IMG/VR virus record: IMGVR_UViG_3300032280_000753
Location: 32,001-96,000 of that record
DNA length: 64,000 nucleotides
Direction: 5' to 3' (one strand)
DNA from: a virus
Lineage: Duplodnaviria; Caudoviricetes
Position numbers and translations under genes: made by a program. Below, in pieces: positions 47,598 through 55,746 of this stretch. Numbering within the stretch: the first letter of the stretch is position 1; each line of letters opens with the position of its first letter. The notes under the pieces are model-generated. The model searched no databases. It was not told the origin of the DNA and saw nothing but the letters and a program-made list of their open reading frames with translations.

Positions 47598-47786
47598 GTG
47601 ATAGTGTAGTCCTGATTTCATCAGATGGGTTAATCCTCCATCGGTGTCTACTTCGCTGCTATCACAACGAGCCTTCCAGGCTTTGGGGCTTTTTTTACGG
47701 AAGCTACTCCGCTTCATTCATAAGGAAACCAACCTTATTAGTCATACAGCTTATATGACACGTCAAACTCCGAGACGTGGAGTGGA
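47598..47786 (-). ncRNA. Candidate structured ncRNA (about 190 nt)
   Basis: Contiguous hairpins and a multibranch 3' domain directly before a terminator; no credible ORF. Confidence 0.55.
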
Positions 47787-47815
47787 AAAATGATTTTCAA
47801 AACATATTTATATAT

Positions 47816-48460
47816 ATGATAAAAATACAATGCACTTGCGATTTTTGCAATCAATCTTTCTTAAGGGAAAAAAAACAGTTTTATAAAAAACGTAAAAATA
47901 TTTTTTGTAGTATTGAATGCTCCAATCAATATTATAACAAAGCAGTTATAACAGAATGCGGACATTGTAAAAAAACAGTTATCAAAAAACTAACAGAATA
48001 TAAATCTTCAAAATCTGGCATGGTATTCTGCAACCATTCATGTTCTGCGACTTACAACAATACTCATAAATCTAAAGGAACAAGAGTATCTAAACTTGAA
48101 ATATTCCTACGAGAAGAAATTACTAAAGAATATGCACAATTAGATATTCGTTATAACGAAAAAAATGCTATTAACTCTGAGCTTGACATATACATACCAT
48201 CACTCAAGCTTGCTTTTGAGCTAAATGGAATATTTCATTATGAACCAATATATGGTTCTGATAAGTTGGAAAAAATACAAAACAATGACAATCGTAAAAT
48301 GCAAGCTTGTTTAGAACAGAACATTGAGTTGTGCATTATTGATACTTCATCTTTATCATATTTTAAAAAAGATAAAGCTTTGAAATATTATCAAATCGTT
48401 AAAAACTTGGTTGATGCAAAACTGCCAGGGCTGGGATCGAACCAGCGCCCATTCCGTTAA
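47816..48460 (+). CDS. Zn-ribbon plus PD-(D/E)xK (Vsr/DUF559-like) putative homing endonuclease
   Basis: CxxC and FCS..C repeats; SKLE...ELDIYIPSLKLAFELNGIFHY. Start ATG 47816 lies 5 nt after TATTTA. Confidence 0.8.
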   Translation: MIKIQCTCDFCNQSFLREKKQFYKKRKNIFCSIECSNQYYNKAVITECGHCKKTVIKKLTEYKSSKSGMVFCNHSCSATYNNTHKSKGTRVSKLEIFLREEITKEYAQLDIRYNEKNAINSELDIYIPSLKLAFELNGIFHYEPIYGSDKLEKIQNNDNRKMQACLEQNIELCIIDTSSLSYFKKDKALKYYQIVKNLVDAKLPGLGSNQRPFR

Positions 48461-48493
48461 CAGCGGAACGCTCTTCCTCTGAGCTACCTGGCA
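48422..48493 (-). tRNA. tRNA-Asn(GTT), no CCA
   Basis: TGCCAGG/CCTGGCA acceptor; TTCCG-CTGTTAA-CGGAA; discriminator G. Confidence 0.93.
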
Positions 48494-48545
48494 ATATAAA
48501 CCCAGCATATCATACATCGCACATACTATATACTGAATTCATAAC

Positions 48546-48896
48546 AATGATAGATACAAGTTCCATAAACATTATAAAGTAGGCTTGCTTGCTTAACGCT
48601 TCTATCTGCGTTCTCTTTCCCGAGAAGGGGCTTTGTCACCATTGCTTTTTAGAAAGGAACACCTAAACCCTCATGGTTAGTCAGGTCGCTTCTGACTATC
48701 TCTAATCATCATGTTAGAGCTTATAATATATTATTTCCGATTTACAAGATTGCTCTTGATTTTCCCCAACCAGCATTATAGACCCAAATATTAAATTAGT
48801 GTGCTGGAGGCTACTTACGGCTCCTTTTATCCCATTGCCTTATCGGACCTCAAAGACGATGAACGGTCCATCGGATAGGATAGAAAACTTATCATT
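48546..48896 (-). ncRNA. Candidate large structured ncRNA (about 350 nt) between two tRNAs
   Basis: Ends pair (AATGATA/TATCATT) and enclose about 8 stems, including a GCAA tetraloop hairpin. Confidence 0.6.
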
Positions 48897-48911
48897 TTTT
48901 AAAGAACAATT

Positions 48912-48982
48912 TGGATCGGGTGAGAATCGAACTCACAAGTGCGCCGTGCAAAGGCACCAGTTTCCCATTAGCTTACCGACCC
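48912..48982 (-). tRNA. tRNA-Ala(TGC), no CCA
   Basis: G3:U70 identity pair; GTGCC-TTTGCAC-GGCGC; discriminator A. Confidence 0.9.
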
Positions 48983-49116
48983 GTTTAACTTACTCAATAA
49001 ATATAGTGGAGCAAGTTAAGTTTGTAAACTATTTTTTTCAGCCGATCCAAAAAACTGTTAGTGTAGTAAGAAAAAATGCAACACTAATAATAATGATCAT
49101 TGTTCTATCTTGCATA

Positions 49117-49944
49117 TCACTCCCCTCCCTTCTTTGCAATTTCCTTAACCTTCTTGCCACCAGGAATACGAACATCGCTATTTAGCAGCTTTTGATTGCG
49201 ACTCTGAACATAGGTGAAGTTCTGAAAATCATTGTGAACTTCATCAAACATCTTCTCTGCTTCATGTGCAGTATGAACATTCCCAATACGATTACGATAG
49301 GTTTCAAGCTTTGCAGTAAGACTTGCAACACTCATGGCAATGTCCATGATAGCCTGGGTATGCTGGGCACGCTTTGCCATAACAAACTCATTAACACTAT
49401 CACTATCAAGAGTAGCCTTTAGTTCAGCAACACGACGACGCTTAAGATCAAGCCATGCGTTTTCATACTGCTTATAAAGATACCTGTAAAGCTTATCGTG
49501 ATCTGTGTTGCTGCCCCAAGTATTTGTTACGTTATAACGAAGGAAATTGCGAACGGAACGCTCTGCATATGCCATACCATTAGGAGCAAATGCAATAACG
49601 GGATCATCGTGATTAAATGAATTCGTGCTGGAATTAATGGGATAACGAATAACGTGTCCAACGTTGGAGTTGACATATCGGAACGTAACAGAATTAATTG
49701 TATGATTACCCCACTTGATATTCTCAAAGGTAAGAGTTCGTCCAGCCTGATCATCAATTAGATTATCCATGATGCTATTACCGCCCCAACGATATAGACC
49801 CCGCCGTGAACGAAACTTATTCAGATACTCAATCTGCTCAAGCGTAGTCTTTGATGTAAACTTTTCCTCAGAACAAATACGTTCAAGTAGATTGCTATTG
49901 TCGATCTTAAAAATGGACTTAGGCATATTGTTTTCTTTCTTCAC
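49117..49944 (-). CDS. Hypothetical protein
   Basis: 275-aa ORF in an early operon. Confidence 0.7.
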   Translation of the reverse strand: MKKENNMPKSIFKIDNSNLLERICSEEKFTSKTTLEQIEYLNKFRSRRGLYRWGGNSIMDNLIDDQAGRTLTFENIKWGNHTINSVTFRYVNSNVGHVIRYPINSSTNSFNHDDPVIAFAPNGMAYAERSVRNFLRYNVTNTWGSNTDHDKLYRYLYKQYENAWLDLKRRRVAELKATLDSDSVNEFVMAKRAQHTQAIMDIAMSVASLTAKLETYRNRIGNVHTAHEAEKMFDEVHNDFQNFTYVQSRNQKLLNSDVRIPGGKKVKEIAKKGGE

Positions 49945-50384
49945 TTAACAGGGGAACAGTAATGACGGGGACTGAGATTTTTGTTCAACTGGATCCAGCC
50001 AATCTTTTCGTTACAGAGAACCTTGATTTGATAGGCTTCGCAAAGATCATGCGTCGTATTATTAGTGCCGATAATGGTTTTATAGTCAGGCTTTCCAAGT
50101 AGGATAAAGATAGAACCCTTATCGATACGTGTAAAAAATATCTGTTTATTGGGGTAATCTATTAGATCATTACCTCGCCAACGAACATTAGTGCGTCGGC
50201 GTCTCTTACGATTAGTTTCTATAAGTTCAATCTTTGCGCTGGCGATTGCTACAGCGACATTAACTTGGTAAATCCCGCCCATCTTCCAGAAACGTTTGCC
50301 GCCTGGAATATGATCAATATGAGACAACCGCCCACGTTGAGGCAGCTTTTCTGCTATAACGATAGGACTATACACGGGGATCAC
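49941..50384 (-). CDS. Hypothetical protein
   Basis: GTGA-coupled ORF. Confidence 0.6.
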   Translation of the reverse strand: MIPVYSPIVIAEKLPQRGRLSHIDHIPGGKRFWKMGGIYQVNVAVAIASAKIELIETNRKRRRRTNVRWRGNDLIDYPNKQIFFTRIDKGSIFILLGKPDYKTIIGTNNTTHDLCEAYQIKVLCNEKIGWIQLNKNLSPRHYCSPVK

Positions 50385-50533
50385 CAGTTATCAGAAATAC
50401 GATAATCGTGCTTCTTTGCCTTGTCACGACGTGACCGGCGATCTCGCATAGGACCGCCCTTAAGATTGAAAAGCATAAACTCCGTGATAGCGGAGCGGCG
50501 CTTAGGTTCATTCTGCTTACGCTTATTGGACAT
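50381..50533 (-). CDS. 50-aa basic leaderless protein (not in ORF track)
   Basis: MSNKRKQNEPKRRSAITEF...; TTTAAA-17-TATATT-6-ATG. Confidence 0.65.
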   Translation of the reverse strand: MSNKRKQNEPKRRSAITEFMLFNLKGGPMRDRRSRRDKAKKHDYRISDNW

Positions 50534-50734
50534 ACAGTTAATATAACACGTCATTAACCGGTTTTAAACCAATTAATCTTTAAAGCCTAACATGGCAAAT
50601 GTGCAAAAAGGATATGTTAAACCGAAGCCTATCCAACGGATCCATGTATATTTTGACTTTAAAAGAAAATAACCTCCCCAAGCATATGGAAAGGTTATAA
50701 ACATCAATAATATTGAAACAAGTTGTAGCATTGA

Positions 50735-50809
50735 TAGCCCCAACGGGGTATGATCCCGTAGTCTCACGCCTTGAAAGGGCGGTGATTTAGCCAATTAATC
50801 TATGGAGCC
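50735..50809 (-). tRNA. tRNA-Glu(TTC), no CCA, atypical T-loop
   Basis: GGCTCCA/TGGGGCT acceptor; CGCC-CTTTCAA-GGCG; T-loop ATCATAC. Confidence 0.88.
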
Positions 50810-50880
50810 AGTTGATGATTAAATATAACAAGTAACCAACAATTTGTAAACTCATTTTTATTCAATCATCAAAAAAATAA

Positions 50881-51531
50881 TCAGTCTGGTAAACTCCAAA
50901 ATTGATTTAAAGTTTCACCGCATTCTATAGGTGTCCAGCCATTTCTGATATGTCTGTTTCTACGAAAATATCTTGCACCCCAATGGTCTATGCGGATATT
51001 GCAAGGATTTTCTGGACGTGTTCTTAATAACATACCGACGTGCTCATAAACTTGTCGGAAACCTTCACGTCTTGTAGACCAAGGTATTGATACCGTTTCA
51101 CTCCATCCTTTTGGTTCTCTAAAGTTGTGAGTTAAGTGAGCAACCCATCTATGGTTGTCGGTTCTATTGAGATTGAAGGATAAAGGGGCATATGCTCTCA
51201 TAATGCCCATTGATATATCGCCTGTATTGCTTCTTGTTCTTAGAGCATGATATATCATAGTGCAATCATTTGTTCTAACTTGGAAGCCGCTCTCGCTTAT
51301 GCATATACGTGCAAGAGCTAATTGAATGTCTCTTGGTGCTGGACGCTCTACCTGCACCGGATTTGTAGCTGGGACTTCTAATGATGGGTCAGTTGATATA
51401 TCATTAGACCGGTCTTCGCAGCTTACGTTATTTGGCAATATTGGCTCTGGTCTTACCGGAGTAGGCTCAGTTATAAAACTGGCTCCGGTGAGGGCAAATA
51501 ATGCTGTGAGCATTAATAGTAATTTTCTCAT
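50881..51531 (-). CDS. Secreted protein, possibly SleB/Hydrolase_2-like cell wall hydrolase
   Basis: Signal peptide, Pro-rich linker, LALARICISES; AAGGAG SD. Confidence 0.55.
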   Translation of the reverse strand: MRKLLLMLTALFALTGASFITEPTPVRPEPILPNNVSCEDRSNDISTDPSLEVPATNPVQVERPAPRDIQLALARICISESGFQVRTNDCTMIYHALRTRSNTGDISMGIMRAYAPLSFNLNRTDNHRWVAHLTHNFREPKGWSETVSIPWSTRREGFRQVYEHVGMLLRTRPENPCNIRIDHWGARYFRRNRHIRNGWTPIECGETLNQFWSLPD

Positions 51532-51544
51532 AATTTTTCTCCTT

Positions 51545-51584
51545 AAAAAACAAAAAACAGGCTATTTGTTTGGAATAGCCCGTT
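51545..51584 (-). terminator. Rho-independent terminator downstream of lysS
   Basis: GGCTATT...AATAGCC followed by TGTTTTTTGTTTTTT. Confidence 0.65.
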
Positions 51585-51620
51585 CGTTGCTATTTGTTGG
51601 TTAAACTTAATTATAGTCCA

Positions 51621-52934
51621 TCAATCCGAATTTGACTTTAGTGTAGGGAAGAAGACTACATCACGTAGATTAGGAACGCCAAAGAGAAGCGAAACCATTC
51701 TATCAATTCCAAAGCCAGCACCACTCTGAGGAGGAATGCCATGCTCCATGCACTCAAGGAAATCTTCCTCAATCATCATGGCTTCATCATCGCCATTAGC
51801 TCTGTCCTGCATCTGCTGTTCCAATAGCTGACGCTGTAGAACCGGATCCGTAAGCTCCGTGTAGCACTTAACCACTTCCCATCCATCCACAATAAACTGC
51901 CATTGCTGAACCGTATTGGGATCGTTAGAATGCCTTGCTGCCATAGGAGACATATGAGCGGGATAATCAGTTACAAAAATAGGACCAATAAGCTTTGGAC
52001 GAACGTCCGTCTTAAATAGTTGATCCGCTTCCTTGGCACTCATATCATCCGGATAACGTCCAGTATGCTCATTAAACAACTTACGATATTCTACAACTGG
52101 TGCCTTATGCCAAGCTTCAAGCTTTTCCTTAATATCCTCATTATGAGCAAAGGTATTATGCAGCCTATAAATCAAATCTCTAAAAAGCTTCATATTGTCG
52201 CAATAATCCCAATACGAAGCATACCATTCAAGAGAAGTAAATTCCTGCAAATGAGAAGGATCAATACCTTCATTACGGAACTGCTTGCCAATCTCAAATA
52301 CACGATCAAAACCAGCCGCAGTCATACGCTTAAGATATGTCTCTGGTGCAATACGCAAATAGAAGTCTGCATCAAGAGCATTATGATGGGTTACGAATGG
52401 ACGAGCCTGAGCACCGCTTGCCTGTGGAGTTAGAACAGGAGTTTCTACTTCCATGAAGTTAGTTTCTTCAAAAAAACGACGGATAGAAGAAATCAATTCG
52501 CTACGAAAACGAAACAGCTTACGGCTTGCCGGATGGATAGCACATTCCAGCCACCGCTTACGTCTCATAAGCTCTGGGTCAGTCATGCCATGCCACTTAT
52601 CAGGAAAGCCACCACAAGCCTTCTGGAGCCTCTTAAAGCCCTTGTTAACCAATACGGTGCGCTCACCCGTTGAAGAAGTCCAAACCTCTCCTTGGATGCC
52701 TACAATGTCTCCGATGCGAGGGACAGAAGACCATTCCTTGAATTCCTCTTCATTCATCATCTTCTTATTGAAAGAAAATTGAACCTTTACATCGCTATTG
52801 TCTGAGATATGACCAAATGCAACGCCGCCCATCTTACGATAAGACAACACTCTGCCAACAAGAGAAATAGGATCTCCATCCTTAAGGTAAGTGATATCAT
52901 ACGCCAACTGATTATTTTCGGTATTCCAAAACAT
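51621..52934 (-). CDS. lysS: Lysyl-tRNA synthetase class II (compact)
   Basis: OB anticodon domain; EVETP, ARPFVTHHNAL, YLRIAPE, FRNEGID..H..EFT, G.GIDR. Confidence 0.93.
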   Translation of the reverse strand: MFWNTENNQLAYDITYLKDGDPISLVGRVLSYRKMGGVAFGHISDNSDVKVQFSFNKKMMNEEEFKEWSSVPRIGDIVGIQGEVWTSSTGERTVLVNKGFKRLQKACGGFPDKWHGMTDPELMRRKRWLECAIHPASRKLFRFRSELISSIRRFFEETNFMEVETPVLTPQASGAQARPFVTHHNALDADFYLRIAPETYLKRMTAAGFDRVFEIGKQFRNEGIDPSHLQEFTSLEWYASYWDYCDNMKLFRDLIYRLHNTFAHNEDIKEKLEAWHKAPVVEYRKLFNEHTGRYPDDMSAKEADQLFKTDVRPKLIGPIFVTDYPAHMSPMAARHSNDPNTVQQWQFIVDGWEVVKCYTELTDPVLQRQLLEQQMQDRANGDDEAMMIEEDFLECMEHGIPPQSGAGFGIDRMVSLLFGVPNLRDVVFFPTLKSNSD

Positions 52935-53001
52935 AATGTTCCTAAAACGTTAAAACCCTGCTATAAGCATAGCAAGGTTAAGTTAGATTATAAACTATTA
53001 A

Positions 53002-53442
53002 TCAAGCCGCCAGGAAATGACCACGGGCATTGTTAACAAGACGCTCAAAATTAATGGGGAAAATCTTACGGAAAAGATTAACGCTCCACTTGCAAGCCTC
53101 ATGCTCTGAACGTCCCTTAAGAACGTGACCCCATTCATGCAAAAACGTAAGAACAGAAAAACGACCATGAAGAGTAATCGTGCTATTCGCAGGACAAAAA
53201 TTTGACCTACCACTACCCTCGTTAAGAACAATGCTCGGATCAAAATCCAAGCTAACGTTAACATTATAAATCTGACAAAGAGCATCATGGAGTTGACGGA
53301 ACTTTTCCATTCGCATCGGCACCGATCCCCTCCAGGGGTTCGAGCTTTTAAACTGGTTCAAAGCTGCAATCGTTTCACGCTTATACTTTACGTCTGCAAT
53401 AACTTCATCCAGCGAACGAGGATAATCAGCGGCGGCAGTCAT
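53002..53442 (-). CDS. HExxH zinc metallopeptidase-like protein
   Basis: FLHEWGH...HE; GGAGG SD. Confidence 0.7.
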   Translation of the reverse strand: MTAAADYPRSLDEVIADVKYKRETIAALNQFKSSNPWRGSVPMRMEKFRQLHDALCQIYNVNVSLDFDPSIVLNEGSGRSNFCPANSTITLHGRFSVLTFLHEWGHVLKGRSEHEACKWSVNLFRKIFPINFERLVNNARGHFLAA

Positions 53443-53506
53443 ACTTCACAACCTCCAAAACAATTCCGAAAAACGTGAACGAACCGAATAGAAGAAAAAA
53501 TCCCAT

Positions 53507-53977
53507 TCAGTCACCACTATCAATTTCAAAGGTGACGCCACAATCATTGCACTTATAACGATTGTAACAACGACCGAGATTAGCTACGAAAGCATGATTA
53601 TTGTGCTTACACGCATTAAGCTTTTCATTACGAAAACTAATGAGGCTGGCGAGCGCAGCGGGAAGCTGGTCAGCAGAATAAATCTCAACGCTACGGTTGT
53701 TACCATACATCGTAGCATCCTTGACATTGACGCTAATACGAAGCCCCTTGAACTTCATATAGCCAATGGGTTGATTAAAGATCGGATTACATGAAAACCT
53801 CCAATCCGGAACGATGCTACGTCCACCACGATCCGCCTCAAAAGTGGGTTGGAAACTGCTATTATTCCAAGGCTGCGGTGCAGGGCACGGGAGAGAGATA
53901 TCCCCCATTTCACTCAAACGAGCGAAAATATCGGTGATGGTGTCAACAAACTGCTCAATGGTTTCGATCTTGTTCAT
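53507..53977 (-). CDS. Hypothetical early protein with C-terminal Zn-ribbon
   Basis: CKH...CNDC; TTGAAA-17-TATTCT-6-ATG. Confidence 0.7.
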   Translation of the reverse strand: MNKIETIEQFVDTITDIFARLSEMGDISLPCPAPQPWNNSSFQPTFEADRGGRSIVPDWRFSCNPIFNQPIGYMKFKGLRISVNVKDATMYGNNRSVEIYSADQLPAALASLISFRNEKLNACKHNNHAFVANLGRCYNRYKCNDCGVTFEIDSGD

Positions 53978-54033
53978 GCTATTAGAATAACATAAATAAT
54001 TTGATATTTCAAGTAAATAAAAATCTAATGATA

Positions 54034-54612
54034 TCAGCTATTTACATCAAATTTTATATTTGAAACCATATGGGTGCCACCTGCATCGCCTGTGAAGGAA
54101 GAAAAGCAAAGCATGAATGGTTCATTAACCAAGCCAAAGAATGGCATATCATGGAAAGCATATGCCACTATAGACATATCGTTAACACGAACAACTACGG
54201 TTTCAAGTTCGTGATCATAAATTACGTTTACTTCTTTTTCTTTGCCGTCGTTAAAGCGTTCATTGCAAGAAGCTTGTGCAACTTTTGTTCCTTCAAAATA
54301 AACAACGACTTCATTTCCGCTATTGTTTTCTAAATTTTTGAAAGTATCTAAAGAAACGGCAAAAAGCTCTTGTCTATCTTTTGAACAAAGCTTCATACGT
54401 ATACCATCGCCACCTTTTCCATCAGCATCAGAAATGCCTTTTGGATTTGTAATGTTAGCTACGAAGGAACATACCCATGATGCATCTGAAACAGAGATAG
54501 GTGCAAGGATTGTCATTTCACCATCCGAATGAAGACCAGACGTTAATATAACTCCAACGCCTTCCTTCTTTGCATCACCTTTAAGTTGAATTTTTGTATC
54601 TTTTTGTGCCAT
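54034..54612 (-). CDS. Legume (L-type) lectin/ConA-like beta-sandwich protein
   Basis: GGDGI, FAVSLDTF.N, FSSFTG..GGTH.V pattern. Confidence 0.6.
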   Translation of the reverse strand: MAQKDTKIQLKGDAKKEGVGVILTSGLHSDGEMTILAPISVSDASWVCSFVANITNPKGISDADGKGGDGIRMKLCSKDRQELFAVSLDTFKNLENNSGNEVVVYFEGTKVAQASCNERFNDGKEKEVNVIYDHELETVVVRVNDMSIVAYAFHDMPFFGLVNEPFMLCFSSFTGDAGGTHMVSNIKFDVNS

Positions 54613-54660
54613 ATAGTTTTTAAAATATATTTCGTCTTAGCTTAAGTATAATAAACACAT

Positions 54661-55314
54661 ATGAAAATAATAAAATTAATCAATCAACATATTCCTATAT
54701 GGTCAATGCTTTGCGGAGATCATGCTTTAAAGGCAGTAGTTGAGAACATTAATCCTAAACTTTTATCAGCCCCGAATTTTCTAAATCCTTTGGAAAACAA
54801 ATTGCGGTTAGATGTTTTTATAGACAGACGTGAATGGATATGGAATTCCATGAAAGATAATGTTGCATTCGCATTGGTTGAATTTGACATAGAAGAACTA
54901 ATGACATTTAAAACTTGTTTTACAAACGTTTCTTTTAAAGAGTTTTCTGAAGAATATCAAAAAGCTTGTAAAAAAGGAAAAGGCTTTATTATTAAACGCC
55001 CAAGGCACAGCACCGATTTAGAAAAATCTAAAGAAAATGTTGAACACGTTTGCAAAGAACTAACTACAAAAATAGAAAACGATTTTTTAAAGATACAAAA
55101 AATAAAAGCAAAAGATGTTTTAAATCCAATGCTTAATAATGAAAACAATATATATTTGGCAAGTAATCGTGGATTGGTGATGAAATCGAAAAGCTCGAAT
55201 AACGTTACAATTATGGATGCTACACATAGATTGACTGCATATGCCGTTTCGAAAATGAATAAAAAAAGCTGCCTCCCTGATAAGCTATATGCTTTCTATT
55301 GGGAGGAAGCTTAA
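54661..55314 (+). CDS. Hypothetical protein with ParB/Srx-like motif
   Basis: IMDATHRLTA resembles the DGxHR motif; TATAAT 8 nt upstream of ATG. Confidence 0.55.
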   Translation: MKIIKLINQHIPIWSMLCGDHALKAVVENINPKLLSAPNFLNPLENKLRLDVFIDRREWIWNSMKDNVAFALVEFDIEELMTFKTCFTNVSFKEFSEEYQKACKKGKGFIIKRPRHSTDLEKSKENVEHVCKELTTKIENDFLKIQKIKAKDVLNPMLNNENNIYLASNRGLVMKSKSSNNVTIMDATHRLTAYAVSKMNKKSCLPDKLYAFYWEEA

Positions 55315-55316
55315 TT

Positions 55317-55691
55317 TTATCCACGACGTTTTTCCATATAAGGGAAGATGCTGTAAGTAGTGCCATGTTTCTTGAAAACAAACGTCCCTAATACATTTCC
55401 ATATATTATAGATTTATTCTTCAATAAAGCCGCAAGTCCACTTTGGTTCATCCAATATCTTGCGCCGGTTTCAGTATCCTCCCAAAGTATCTTACCACCG
55501 TAATACATATTGATAAATTTTAAATTAGCATCAAAACGAATATTCTCTCGCCAATCATATTTTGCTTCCCAATTTGGTTTACGCATTTCATAATGAGTAA
55601 TCTGGTGAGGAACGCTTCCAATTGGAAGATTATTGGCTTTATCAGCTTCTTTTATAAAAGGAACCCTGTAATCTACTTTTTTTCTTGGCAT
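55317..55691 (-). CDS. Hypothetical protein
   Basis: 124-aa ORF. Confidence 0.65.
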   Translation of the reverse strand: MPRKKVDYRVPFIKEADKANNLPIGSVPHQITHYEMRKPNWEAKYDWRENIRFDANLKFINMYYGGKILWEDTETGARYWMNQSGLAALLKNKSIIYGNVLGTFVFKKHGTTYSIFPYMEKRRG

Positions 55692-55746
55692 AAAACCGCT
55701 AATACCATATCTGTTTTATATGCTTGGAATAAGTAGATAGCATCCG

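Noticed and set aside
47598-47665. Hammerhead ribozyme (CTGATGA present on minus strand)
   Set aside because: No stem II followed by GAAA and no correctly placed UH cleavage site.
48546-48896. RNase P RNA, tmRNA or group I intron identity for the 350-nt element
   Set aside because: Only fragmentary resemblances (GGGGAAAATC, AGATAGA, GATAGTC); no proper P4 pairing, tRNA-like ends or P7 order. Needs a covariance-model search.
48799-49185. ORFs overlapping RNA genes (48799-49185, 42481-42666, 47537-47758, 5' part of 50573-50794)
   Set aside because: They overlap clear tRNAs or structured RNA. Only a short hydrophobic ORF at 50573-50731 might be real.
51621-52934. EF-P lysyltransferase EpmA/GenX
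   Set aside because: An N-terminal OB-fold anticodon-binding domain is present, which EpmA lacks.
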